From assembly GCA_965232815.1 (NCBI GenBank), contig OZ247427.1:2201602-2265601 (forward strand): a stretch of 64,000 nucleotides of DNA, read 5' to 3'. Each line of letters opens with the position of its first letter. Positions within the stretch are counted from its first letter, which is position 1. Below the pieces are notes generated by a model. The model saw nothing but the letters and a program-made list of their open reading frames with translations. It was not told the DNA's origin and made no database searches. This stretch comes from Dehalococcoidia bacterium (GTDB lineage: Bacteria > Chloroflexota > Dehalococcoidia > Lucifugimonadales > UBA3495). Positions 28,260-36,455 of the stretch are shown here, one piece after another. The translations under genes and the position numbers were made by a program.

Positions 28260-28439
28260 CCAGAAGCCCGCGTATCACCGAGCGTGAGTAGTGCCAGCAA
28301 CTCATGGCTACCAGTCCTCGCCGGTATGATCGTTTTGGTTTGAGGCGACCATTTCAACTCTGAACTGTTGCGCAAGATGGTAACTGTTCACGTTTGAGGG
28401 GATGGAGGCGATCTCCAACGGACATTTTGTCCTGGACTG

Positions 28440-28970
28440 ACCTCCCGGAACAGGCCAATATCGCTGCGGATCCCATCATGCCTGAACAGATACACAAAAT
28501 AATCTGGAAGGAGAAATATGATGCTGGATGAACTCCTGAACGCAGCGGGTGCGTTACCTGACCGCGAGTGGGGCCACCGGTTCGGCTGCCCGCCTGCCGG
28601 TTCGGCTGCCCGCCTGAAGGCTGCCACCTCAAAGACAAGACTGGCGTCACCCGGTACTGCAAAGACCAGCGCTACGAGAAGCCCCAAGGCAAGTTGTTGC
28701 GGATAGTGGGCCTGCTGCCCCGCTGCTCAGACGAGTGGAAAACCGAGTACAAAAAGCGGACGACGGACGATGGAGCGGCACTTCAGCAGCGTGAAGCATA
28801 GTCGGCTGATGAACCAGCGCCGCAACTTCAACATCATTCAAAGGTTTTCTACTCATGCCATCAGCGTAACCGACGTCCCATCCTCACCCCAGGAACCATC
28901 CCCGCACGTTTGGCCCGTTGTCACACACCCTCTAAGCCAGCTACTGTGGCAAAATGCCGTCCATGAGTAA
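28440..28970 (+). pseudogene. C-terminal remnant of a DDE transposase, multiply frameshifted
   Basis: Pieces in three frames: ...GHRFGCPP(E)GCHLKDKTGVTRYCKDQRYEKPQGKLLRIVGLLPRCSDEWKTEYKKRTT, then (M)ERHFSSVKHSRLMNQRRNFNII. This resembles the conserved C-terminus (YxKRxxxERxFSxxK) of IS4/IS5-superfamily transposases. No N-terminal half is present. Confidence 0.5.
28577..28616. repeat. perfect 20-bp tandem duplication (CCGGTTCGGCTGCCCGCCTG x2)
   Basis: Copies at 28577-28596 and 28597-28616. Removing one copy fuses ORFs 28518.. and 28568.. into one frame. Confidence 0.95.
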
Positions 28971-31900
28971 GCCGAGCTTCAAGCAAATCACCGAGGACTA
29001 CTTCACGACGCTGCAGCAAGTCGGACGCTCTGGCGGCGCGACCGGTGAGCGTTCTCTGTATGGCCCCCTCGCCAACCTGCTGAACGCAGTAGGAAGCACG
29101 CTGAGACCAAAGGTCTTCTGCGTCCAGGAACTCGCCGACCAGGGCGCAGGTCATCCCGACTTTGGCCTGTACACGACGCGGCAGGTGCAAAAGGGCACTC
29201 CGAAATCGGGGCAAAAGCCGGAACGCGGGGTGATAGAAGTCAAATCAGTCGAGGACGACGCACGGCTAACTGCCCAGAGTGACCAGGTCGCCGGCTACTG
29301 GCTGGGTTACCGGCAGGTGCTGGTGACCAACGCGCGCGACTTCGTGCTGGTGGGCGAGGACGCCGCCGGCAACCCGGTCCGCCTGGAATCCCTGCGGCTG
29401 GCGGATTCGGCGGCGCAGTTCGACGCGAAGCTGGAACATCCGATGGCCTTCGCCAACGAGGTCGGCCCCGGGCTGGGCGAGTACCTGACCCGCGTGCTGT
29501 CCCACGCCGCGTCGCTGTCCGAGCCGAAGGACGTGGCGTGGCTGCTGGCGTCCTACGCCCGCGACGGGTTGGCAAGGGTTGAACATGCCGGCGATGCCAC
29601 GTCGCTGGCCACATTGCGGCAGGCGCTTGAAGATTCGCTGGGGGTGCAGTTCGACGGCGATCAGGGCGCGGCTGTCTTCCGGTCCACACTGGTGCAGACC
29701 CTCTTCTACGGCGTCTTCTCCGCCTGGGTGCTGTGGGCGCGGCAGACACCCAAACCGGACGGCCTCTTCAACTGGCACGACGCGGTCTGGCATCTGCGGG
29801 CGCCGGTGCTGCGCGCGTTGTTCCAGCAGCTATCCGACCCCGGGAAGTTGCAGCCGCTGGGACTGGTGGAGGTGCTGGACTGGACCGCCGCCGCGCTCAA
29901 CCGGGTGGAACGGGACGCCTTCTTTGCGAAGTTCAGCGAGGGCGAGGCCGTGCCCTACTTCTACGAACCCTTCCTGCAGGCATTCGACCCCGACCTGCGC
30001 AAGCAGCTTGGCGTCTGGTACACGCCCGCCGAGGTGGTGCGCTACATGGTGGCGCGAGTGGACAAGGCGCTGAAAGACGACCTTGGCATCCCCGACGGGC
30101 TGGCCGGCGAGAACGTGTACGTGCTTGATCCCTGCTGCGGCACCGGCGCGTACCTGGCCGAGGTTCTCCGCCGCATCGCCGCCAACCTGCGGGACAAGGG
30201 ACTCGGCGCGCTCACCGGCGCGCAGGTCAAACAGGCGGCCACCCAGCGCGTCTTCGGCTTCGAGATCATGCCGGCCCCCTTCGTGGTGGCGCACCTGCAG
30301 GTCGGCCTCGCCATGCAGGAATTGGACGCCCCGCTGTCCGACGACGGCGACGAACGGGCCGGCGTCTTCCTCACCAACGCGCTGACGGGCTGGGAGCCCA
30401 CGGTGCAGAAGCCCCTGCCCTTTCCCGAACTGGAGCAGGAACGAGAGCGCGCCGAACGGGTCAAGCAGGACACGCCGGTGCTGGTCATCCTGGGCAACCC
30501 GCCCTACAACGGCTTTGCCGGCATGGCCGTAGACGAGGAACGCGAACTGTCCCAGGCCTACCGCACCACCAGGCAGGTACGGCGTCCCGAAGGCCAGGGG
30601 CTGAATGACCTCTACGTGCGCTTCTTCCGCATGGCCGAGCGACGCATCGCGGAGAAGACCGGCCAGGGCGTGGTGTGCTTCATCTCCAACTACTCTTGGC
30701 TGGACGGTCTCTCCTTCACCGGCATGCGCGAACGCTACCTGGAGGCCTTCGACGCCATCCGCATCGACAATCTGCACGGCGACCGCATCATTTCAGAGTA
30801 CGCGCCTGACGGGCACACCAGCGAAACGGTCTTCGCATTGCAGGGGCAATCTCCCGGCATCAAGGTCGGCACGAGCATCACGCTGCTATCCAAGTCATCG
30901 GCGGCCGAATCAAAGGACAAACGCATCCTGTACCGTGACTTCCATCAGGCGCGGGCGGACGAAAGGCGTATGGCTTTGCTGCGAAGTCTTGAGGCCCCCG
31001 ACATTGATTCAGGCTATTCGCCAATGAACTGCAACCTTTCCCTGGGTTTGCCGTTCAAACCCATGGCGGTCAGCGACGGTTGGCAGGACTGGCCATCGCT
31101 GCCGGATTTGTTCCCGACGTCATTCCCGGGCGTGAAAACCAGCCGCGACGGTTTCTTGGTCGACGTTGACCTCGACCACCTGCAGCATCGAGTCGCTGAC
31201 TACTTCAACGCCGACCTGGGCCACGAAGAGATCACGCGCCGCTATCCCGGCGTGATGAAGCCCACCGCACGGTTCAACGCCCGCACCGTCCGCGACCAGT
31301 TGGTTAAGTGCGGCGGGCCGGCCGAGGACGGTTTCGTCCGCTATGCCTACCGTCCGTTCGACAACCGCTGGCTCTACTGGGACGCCGATGGCACGCTGCT
31401 GGATCGCCCCCGCGCCGATTACAAGCCGCACGTTTTCGAGGGGAACTTGTGGCTGGTGGCCCAGCATAAACCGCGTAGGGAATGGGGATCAGCGCAAGTC
31501 ATCACCCATATGGGTTGCATTGACCTGATGGACCGCAGCGCCACCTGCACCCCAATGTGGCTTTTGGACGACGGCCTCGACATCGACGGTACTGACTCGC
31601 AACACCGCCCCAACCTGTCGCTCGCCGCGCAACACTATCTGGGACGCCTGGGGTTGGGCGCTGAGGACCTGTTCCACCACGTCATCGCCACGCTGCACGA
31701 TCCCGAGTACCGCACCACCAACGCCGGCGCCCTGCGCATGGAGTGGCCACGCATCCCGCTGCCCGGCTGGCCCGACGGCGACGCTCACGGCGCGGCTGAT
31801 GCACTGGCGGAATCGGCGGCGCGAGGCCGGCAGTTGGCCGCCCTGCTGGACTCCGATACCCCCGTCGCCGGCGTGACCACCGGCGCGCTGCGTCCCGAAC

Positions 31901-32316
31901 TCGCCGCCATCGCCGTGCCCACGACGACGGACGGCGGCAACATGGCGGGCGAGGACTTCGTGGTGTCCGCCGGCTGGGGACACTTCGGCACGGGCGATGC
32001 CGTCATGCCTGGCCAGGGCAGAATCGTGGAACGCGACTACACGGACAAGGAACGAGCCGAGCTGACCGACGCCATCCCGACGCTGCACGACACCACCTAC
32101 GACGTGTATCTGAACGACCGTGCCTACTGGCGCAACGTCCCCGCCGCCGTCTGGAACTACCAGCTCGGGGGCTACCAGGTTCTCAAGAAGTGGCTGTCCT
32201 ACCGCGAGAGCAAGGTGCTGAGCCGCCCTTTGTTGCCGGAAGAAGTTCAACACTTTACGGACACGGCGCGACGGATCGCTGCGATCCTAAAGGTGACGAA
32301 ACAGCTTCAGAACTGA
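28954..32316 (+). CDS. single-chain restriction-modification-like enzyme: N-terminal PD-ExK nuclease-like domain + gamma-class N6-adenine DNA methyltransferase + Type-ISP-like C-terminal specificity domain
   Basis: HPD(69)F...GVIE(95)VK(97)S, WYTPAEVVRYMV, motif I VLDPCCGTGAYL, motif IV ILGNPPYNGF, and the C-terminal YRPFDNRWLYWD and VWNYQLGGYQVLKKWLSYRE. No helicase domain. Confidence 0.8.
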   Translation: MPSMSKPSFKQITEDYFTTLQQVGRSGGATGERSLYGPLANLLNAVGSTLRPKVFCVQELADQGAGHPDFGLYTTRQVQKGTPKSGQKPERGVIEVKSVEDDARLTAQSDQVAGYWLGYRQVLVTNARDFVLVGEDAAGNPVRLESLRLADSAAQFDAKLEHPMAFANEVGPGLGEYLTRVLSHAASLSEPKDVAWLLASYARDGLARVEHAGDATSLATLRQALEDSLGVQFDGDQGAAVFRSTLVQTLFYGVFSAWVLWARQTPKPDGLFNWHDAVWHLRAPVLRALFQQLSDPGKLQPLGLVEVLDWTAAALNRVERDAFFAKFSEGEAVPYFYEPFLQAFDPDLRKQLGVWYTPAEVVRYMVARVDKALKDDLGIPDGLAGENVYVLDPCCGTGAYLAEVLRRIAANLRDKGLGALTGAQVKQAATQRVFGFEIMPAPFVVAHLQVGLAMQELDAPLSDDGDERAGVFLTNALTGWEPTVQKPLPFPELEQERERAERVKQDTPVLVILGNPPYNGFAGMAVDEERELSQAYRTTRQVRRPEGQGLNDLYVRFFRMAERRIAEKTGQGVVCFISNYSWLDGLSFTGMRERYLEAFDAIRIDNLHGDRIISEYAPDGHTSETVFALQGQSPGIKVGTSITLLSKSSAAESKDKRILYRDFHQARADERRMALLRSLEAPDIDSGYSPMNCNLSLGLPFKPMAVSDGWQDWPSLPDLFPTSFPGVKTSRDGFLVDVDLDHLQHRVADYFNADLGHEEITRRYPGVMKPTARFNARTVRDQLVKCGGPAEDGFVRYAYRPFDNRWLYWDADGTLLDRPRADYKPHVFEGNLWLVAQHKPRREWGSAQVITHMGCIDLMDRSATCTPMWLLDDGLDIDGTDSQHRPNLSLAAQHYLGRLGLGAEDLFHHVIATLHDPEYRTTNAGALRMEWPRIPLPGWPDGDAHGAADALAESAARGRQLAALLDSDTPVAGVTTGALRPELAAIAVPTTTDGGNMAGEDFVVSAGWGHFGTGDAVMPGQGRIVERDYTDKERAELTDAIPTLHDTTYDVYLNDRAYWRNVPAAVWNYQLGGYQVLKKWLSYRESKVLSRPLLPEEVQHFTDTARRIAAILKVTKQLQN

Positions 32317-32329
32317 GGACGGCTCAAGA

Positions 32330-33003
32330 ATGATCTACGATGTACAGAGACTGGTGAAGAACTGTCTCACGGCGTTGCCCGTGGCCTGTGAAGGCGTTTC
32401 AATCGAGGCTTTGGAAAACCGCATACCGACAGACCTCCTCGGAGGGCGTCAGCCTACTTTTCGTTTAGAGGGTGTTCTCCGGCCGGCTGGTTGGTACCAG
32501 CGCCACCATGGACTACTGGGTGGTGGATTGGAGCTTCAGGCCAGAAGGTGCTACTGCACCGCGGAAGCCAGACAGGGGAAGCCAGACAGGCTTGTCAGGA
32601 TCGCAAGAGCATCCCTGCATCGAGTGCGTTGCCGGAAATCACCACAGACTACGAAACCAACCTGCAGGCGGCCTTCTGGAATTGGGTATGCAATCGGCAG
32701 GCGGGCGACAACCCACGAGGCGACTTCATTCGGGACACCAGGGATCTGCTGAGGGTAGGCAGAGATTCACCGGACGAAGTGCTCGAGAGCGCCTGCGCAA
32801 AGGCAATCGAAAAGTACCTCACCCTCCGCACCCGCTGGGCGGCTGAGGTTGGTGTCCATCCCTGGGACTGTACCCCGCTTGACGGCAAAGCGAAGATCAA
32901 GGGATCTGGATGGTACTACTGCTGCTCGCAGTGCGACAACTGCGACTGCGACGGCGTGAGCGGGTGCAATTGTGGCTGCAATAACTGCTCAACTGAAGAA
33001 TGA
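32330..33003 (+). pseudogene. Cys-rich-tailed small protein gene split by a 14-bp tandem duplication
   Basis: The ATG is 13 nt after the RM stop. The frame changes at the duplication, and the downstream frame runs to the stop at 33001-33003 and ends GSGWYYCCSQCDNCDCDGVSGCNCGCNNCSTEE. Removing one repeat copy gives one 219-aa ORF. Alternatively, only the distal part is a real gene. Confidence 0.45.
32563..32590. repeat. perfect 14-bp tandem duplication (GGAAGCCAGACAGG x2)
   Basis: Copies at 32563-32576 and 32577-32590, read directly from the sequence. Confidence 0.95.
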
Positions 33004-33057
33004 ATCAACCCACCTTGAAGAGAACGACGCGGACCACTCGGATACGCGCGAGGCTTC

Positions 33058-33809
33058 ATGCAATATCACCTGGACCTGTTTACTCCTGAGACATGGCAGG
33101 CCTTCACAGAAGCTGGAGCAGCATGCACAGGCGCGGAGCCCGACTACGACGCGTAGCCCGACTACGACGCGTAGCCAACGAACGAGTCAAACCGGGAGAC
33201 ATCCTCCTCTGCTACATGACGCGCGTATCCCGCTGGTGCGGTGTGCTGGAAGTCGAATCCGGACCTTTCGAAGACGATACTCCGAAGTTTGGCGCCACTG
33301 ACCCGTACCCAATCCGGTTCAACGTCAAACCAGTCGTCATCTTGAACACGGAGTCGGCGGTACCCATACGAGACCCACAGGTCTGGCCGGCTTTAACCAT
33401 CACCAACCGGCTCGAGCCTGGCAACCCTTACTGGACAGGATTCTTCAGGCAATCCCTGAATACCTTCGACGACGACGACGGGAGTTTCCTGGTGGATCTT
33501 CTCAAAAGACAGCAGTCAGGCCCGGAAGCGTACCCGCTCACCGACCAAGACCGGCGTCGGCTCAACCGGAGGCAGAGAGTCCGTACACTGACAGGAGAGG
33601 TTGATGTCAGCATCCCAGACGCTGAGGATGAAGAACTCTCACCTGAATCGAGAAACGCAGAATCGGACCAACGGACCAACTACCAGGAATCCATCCAATA
33701 CCAAGCGAAAGTAGCCCAAATCGGCGTCGAAATGGGATTCCATGTCTGGGTGCCGAGAAGCGACAAAGTGCGGGTCATGGAACTCCTCCAGCCGGCAGCA
33801 CATGAATAG
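33058..33809 (+). pseudogene. PUA/EVE-like domain protein with the beginning of a restriction-endonuclease-like domain; frameshifted and 3'-truncated
   Basis: MQYHLDLFTPETWQAFTEAGAACTG (frame of 33058, stop at 33154-33156) continues logically as ...RLRRVANERVKPGDILLCYMTRVSRWCGVLEV in the frame of ORF 33093. The ORF ends at ...IQYQAKVAQIGVEMGFHVWVPRSDK, before any D...ExK core. Confidence 0.5.
33137..33172. repeat. perfect 18-bp tandem duplication (AGCCCGACTACGACGCGT x2)
   Basis: Copies at 33137-33154 and 33155-33172. It encodes ARLRRV twice in the 33093 frame. Confidence 0.95.
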
Positions 33810-33831
33810 AGCCTACGGTGGCAATCTCGTT

Positions 33832-33888
33832 GGCCCGGCATCAACGCTCGTTGCGAAAAACCCGTTGTCGTCCACCCCCCGAAAAACC
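33832..33888 (+). repeat. left copy of a 57-nt imperfect direct repeat bounding the XRE-ImmA/TIR cassette
   Basis: GGCCCGGCATCAACGCTCGTTGCGAAAAACCCGTTGTCGTCCACCCCCCGAAAAACC aligned by hand against 38088-38144 gives 52 of 57 identical positions. Confidence 0.8.
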
Positions 33889-34404
33889 GGCTTTGCCTAA
33901 AAAGTCTGCGCGACGGGTCAGTTTTCGGACAAGTTTGAGACTTTTTGGGCAGAGGCAATCTTCGTGAACTCGACTGTGAGACCGAGACTGTAGATCGACC
34001 GTATCAGAACATACAAATTGTTCGCGAGAAGTTTGCAGAGCACCGCGTTGGCCTGACTTGACGGACGAGCCGGGAAACAGGGCAGGGATGTGTTGGTGAT
34101 GCCTGAGGTGGCGGAGGACCAAAAACGGTAAAGCCCCACCCCTGACATTGTTACCCTGCGTCGGGGAGACCTGCTCAACCGCGGGTCTCCCCGATTTGCT
34201 GTGAGAGCCACCGAGGTTCTCAAAATCGCGGATTCGTCGGGTTTCAGGAACCGTCTCACGTTGGGAGCGAGAATCGCTCAGTGCCATCTGCCCACGGAAG
34301 GGACTGGTTGGTCACACCCATACGGCCTATGGGCCCCGGTCGGTCTTCTCAATGGCAGATGGCGTACTCCATTGTATTGCGATCGTCCACAATCGTTTTG
34401 CCTG

Positions 34405-34433
34405 TTGACGAAGAGGTCGCCCCGGCATAGAAT
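34405..34433 (+). promoter_or_regulatory. sigma70-type promoter (TTGACG - 17 nt - TAGAAT)
   Basis: -35 at 34405-34410 and -10 at 34428-34433, 68 nt upstream of the ATG at 34501. Confidence 0.55.
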
Positions 34434-34460
34434 TGGGCATAATATTGTTGCTCTTGGTAA

Positions 34461-34480
34461 AGCCTTGAACTCTCAAGGCT
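34461..34480 (+). promoter_or_regulatory. perfect 8-4-8 palindrome AGCCTTGAactcTCAAGGCT between promoter and RBS (candidate operator)
   Basis: Read directly from the sequence. It lies in the 5' UTR of the operon that encodes an XRE-type HTH protein. Confidence 0.45.
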
Positions 34481-34500
34481 GACGCATAACGGAGTGGTTT

Positions 34501-35082
34501 ATGGTACCAGCCCGAATTGAAATCGAGATGGACGACGCCTGCGCGATTTTGGACCCGTTCCTGCCGCGGTGCGTGGACATCCTATTGGACTTTATGGATA
34601 AGGTTAACTCCCCACAAATGGCCTCCCTGCGCGGTTCCATGGGACGCCGCACGTTCTGCTCGTTGCTGGCCGATGATTTTTATTCCCAAATGGAGCAGGC
34701 ACCAGAGCACGGAGTCCGTTTCGAGCGTCGTCAAGACAAAGGCCAGCATTTCATTGTGTTTCAGGATCTTCTGGCCCTTCGAGTCAAACAGATTGGCAGG
34801 CAATATCTTTCATGGAATCTGCCGACCACCCATTCGCTGCGGTGGAACCTCGGGTTGCCGTCTCCAGAGATCGGCCCGCTTCCTACGCTGGAATTGGGGT
34901 ACCATCTGGACGCCCTGATGAATGGCTACCGCGGCATCCACCTCTTGCAGCGGTTCGAGAAAGTCGTGGATTGGCGTCAGCAGATTTACGGTGTCCAAAC
35001 CGATGCCTTCGACACCGAGCAACCGCGACTGCATGGCTTGGGCGGCAGCCGTAAGGTATACCGGTATAGACCGATCCGCTAA
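34501..35082 (+). CDS. hypothetical protein (193 aa), first gene of the cassette operon
   Basis: GGAG RBS about 9 nt upstream, and the stop is 11 nt before the next ATG. No motif recognised. Confidence 0.6.
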   Translation: MVPARIEIEMDDACAILDPFLPRCVDILLDFMDKVNSPQMASLRGSMGRRTFCSLLADDFYSQMEQAPEHGVRFERRQDKGQHFIVFQDLLALRVKQIGRQYLSWNLPTTHSLRWNLGLPSPEIGPLPTLELGYHLDALMNGYRGIHLLQRFEKVVDWRQQIYGVQTDAFDTEQPRLHGLGGSRKVYRYRPIR

Positions 35083-35093
35083 CACTGGATGCG

Positions 35094-36455
35094 ATGATGA
35101 CTTCGAAAAGCGTCAACCCTCAACTGATCCAATTGGCTCGACAATCGCGTGGCCTGACCCAAACCGCGCTCGCTGCAGGTATTGCGGTGGGCCAGTCCAT
35201 GATCGCCAGGTACGAATCTGGCGTGAAGGATGTGCCGCTCGACCACCTCAACAGGTTGTCCGAGGTTCTGGATTATCCGGTTCGTTTTTTCACTCGCCCG
35301 ATGGGCCGGGCCGGGTCTGGAAGTGAGATATTCCACCGCAAGCGAGCCCGGGTCCCCGCCAATGTCCTGGGGCGCAACTACGCAGACGCCACGATCCGGC
35401 GGATGGAGATCGACGCCCTGAGAGAATCTCTGGATGGGGTGTTCCCCTTCCCACCTTTTCCTTTCTATCCAATCGAGGAATTCGAGTACGACGCCGAGAA
35501 AATCGCCCGAACAGTCCGCGCTGCGTGGCGACTGCCGGACGGTCCGGTCTTCAACGTCACCAGGACGGTTGAGGAAAATGGCGGCATCGTTGTGGCTCAC
35601 AAGTTCGACTCACGTATCGACGGCTTCGGCTGCCGCACGCTGGGGCTTCCACCGGTCTTTCACCTCAACCGCGACCTCCCGCCAGACCGTTGGCGTTGGA
35701 CGCTGGCCCACGAGATCGGCCACATGGTGATGCACGTCGAAGCGGGCCAGCCCCATAATGAGGCGGAAGACCAAGCGCACCGGTTCGCGGCAGAGTTTCT
35801 TTGCCCTGCATACCAGATAGAGCCGCAATTACGGGGGCTGAACATGGGAAAGTTGGCCCCATTGAAAATGCAGTGGAAAGTATCCATGGCAGCGTTGGTC
35901 AAAAGAGCCAACGACGTGGGAACCATCGACGCCAAGCAGTACAAATCGCTGATGGTGCGGTTATCCCAACAAGGGTACCGAACCCGGGAGCCCTCCAATC
36001 TGGACCCACCAGAAGAACGCCCTACCTTACTGTTCGATCTGGCTCAGTATTTTGAGCAAAGCATGGAGTTCTCTCGCTCTGAAGTGCTGGCGCTGCTCAA
36101 CATCGGCGAGACCGATTTCTGGACCTACTACCGGGACCCGGACGACATTTTCGGCGACATTATGGGGCAACCGTCCCAAGGACAAGGAGACAACGACGTG
36201 TCCGAACAGGTAGCGCATTTGCGCCTGCACGCAGGAGCCCCACCGGTTCACCGCCAACTGGGATGCGCTCCTGAGGATGTGGGACGAGACCAAAAGTTGC
36301 TGGACGCTCTCCATCTTTTGCAGATGGAGAACATATTACCGGAGCGGTTGGTGGAAGCCAGCGAGGAACGGGTACGCTCCAGAATTGAGACCACCCATAA
36401 TAGGCAACGTTTCACCGACGACCTGGATAGGCTCTACGGTTCCGATTATCAGTGA
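35094..36455 (+). CDS. fused XRE-family HTH / ImmA-IrrE (M78, COG2856) zinc metallopeptidase with about 100-aa C-terminal extension
   Basis: The HTH QLIQLARQSRGLTQTALAAGIAVGQSMIARYESG, followed by the HExxH site LAHEIGHMVMH and EDQAHRFAAEFLCP. Confidence 0.85.
   Translation: MMTSKSVNPQLIQLARQSRGLTQTALAAGIAVGQSMIARYESGVKDVPLDHLNRLSEVLDYPVRFFTRPMGRAGSGSEIFHRKRARVPANVLGRNYADATIRRMEIDALRESLDGVFPFPPFPFYPIEEFEYDAEKIARTVRAAWRLPDGPVFNVTRTVEENGGIVVAHKFDSRIDGFGCRTLGLPPVFHLNRDLPPDRWRWTLAHEIGHMVMHVEAGQPHNEAEDQAHRFAAEFLCPAYQIEPQLRGLNMGKLAPLKMQWKVSMAALVKRANDVGTIDAKQYKSLMVRLSQQGYRTREPSNLDPPEERPTLLFDLAQYFEQSMEFSRSEVLALLNIGETDFWTYYRDPDDIFGDIMGQPSQGQGDNDVSEQVAHLRLHAGAPPVHRQLGCAPEDVGRDQKLLDALHLLQMENILPERLVEASEERVRSRIETTHNRQRFTDDLDRLYGSDYQ

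Noticed and set aside
28954-32316. BREX PglX assignment for the large methyltransferase
   Set aside because: No brxA, brxB, brxC, pglZ or brxL-like genes are nearby, and the protein has a nuclease-like N-terminus. A stand-alone Type IIG-like enzyme is the more economical reading.
32472-32846. Third overlapping ORF (124 aa) in the Cys-rich gene region
   Set aside because: All three frames are open here. This frame connects neither to the upstream ATG nor to the Cys-rich C-terminus, and it has no RBS.
33832-33888. Integron attC interpretation of the 57-nt repeats
   Set aside because: There is no intI gene and no paired R/L core sites. Only a small CAACG-ct-CGTTG palindrome is present, and the repeats are direct copies rather than attC-style imperfect palindromes.
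33841-34287. Minus-strand ORFs (148 and 113 aa) in the cassette's left non-coding arm
   Set aside because: They overlap each other, have no RBS or motifs, and run against the cassette's transcription direction. No retron-type RT or other partner suggests a coding or msr/msd role.
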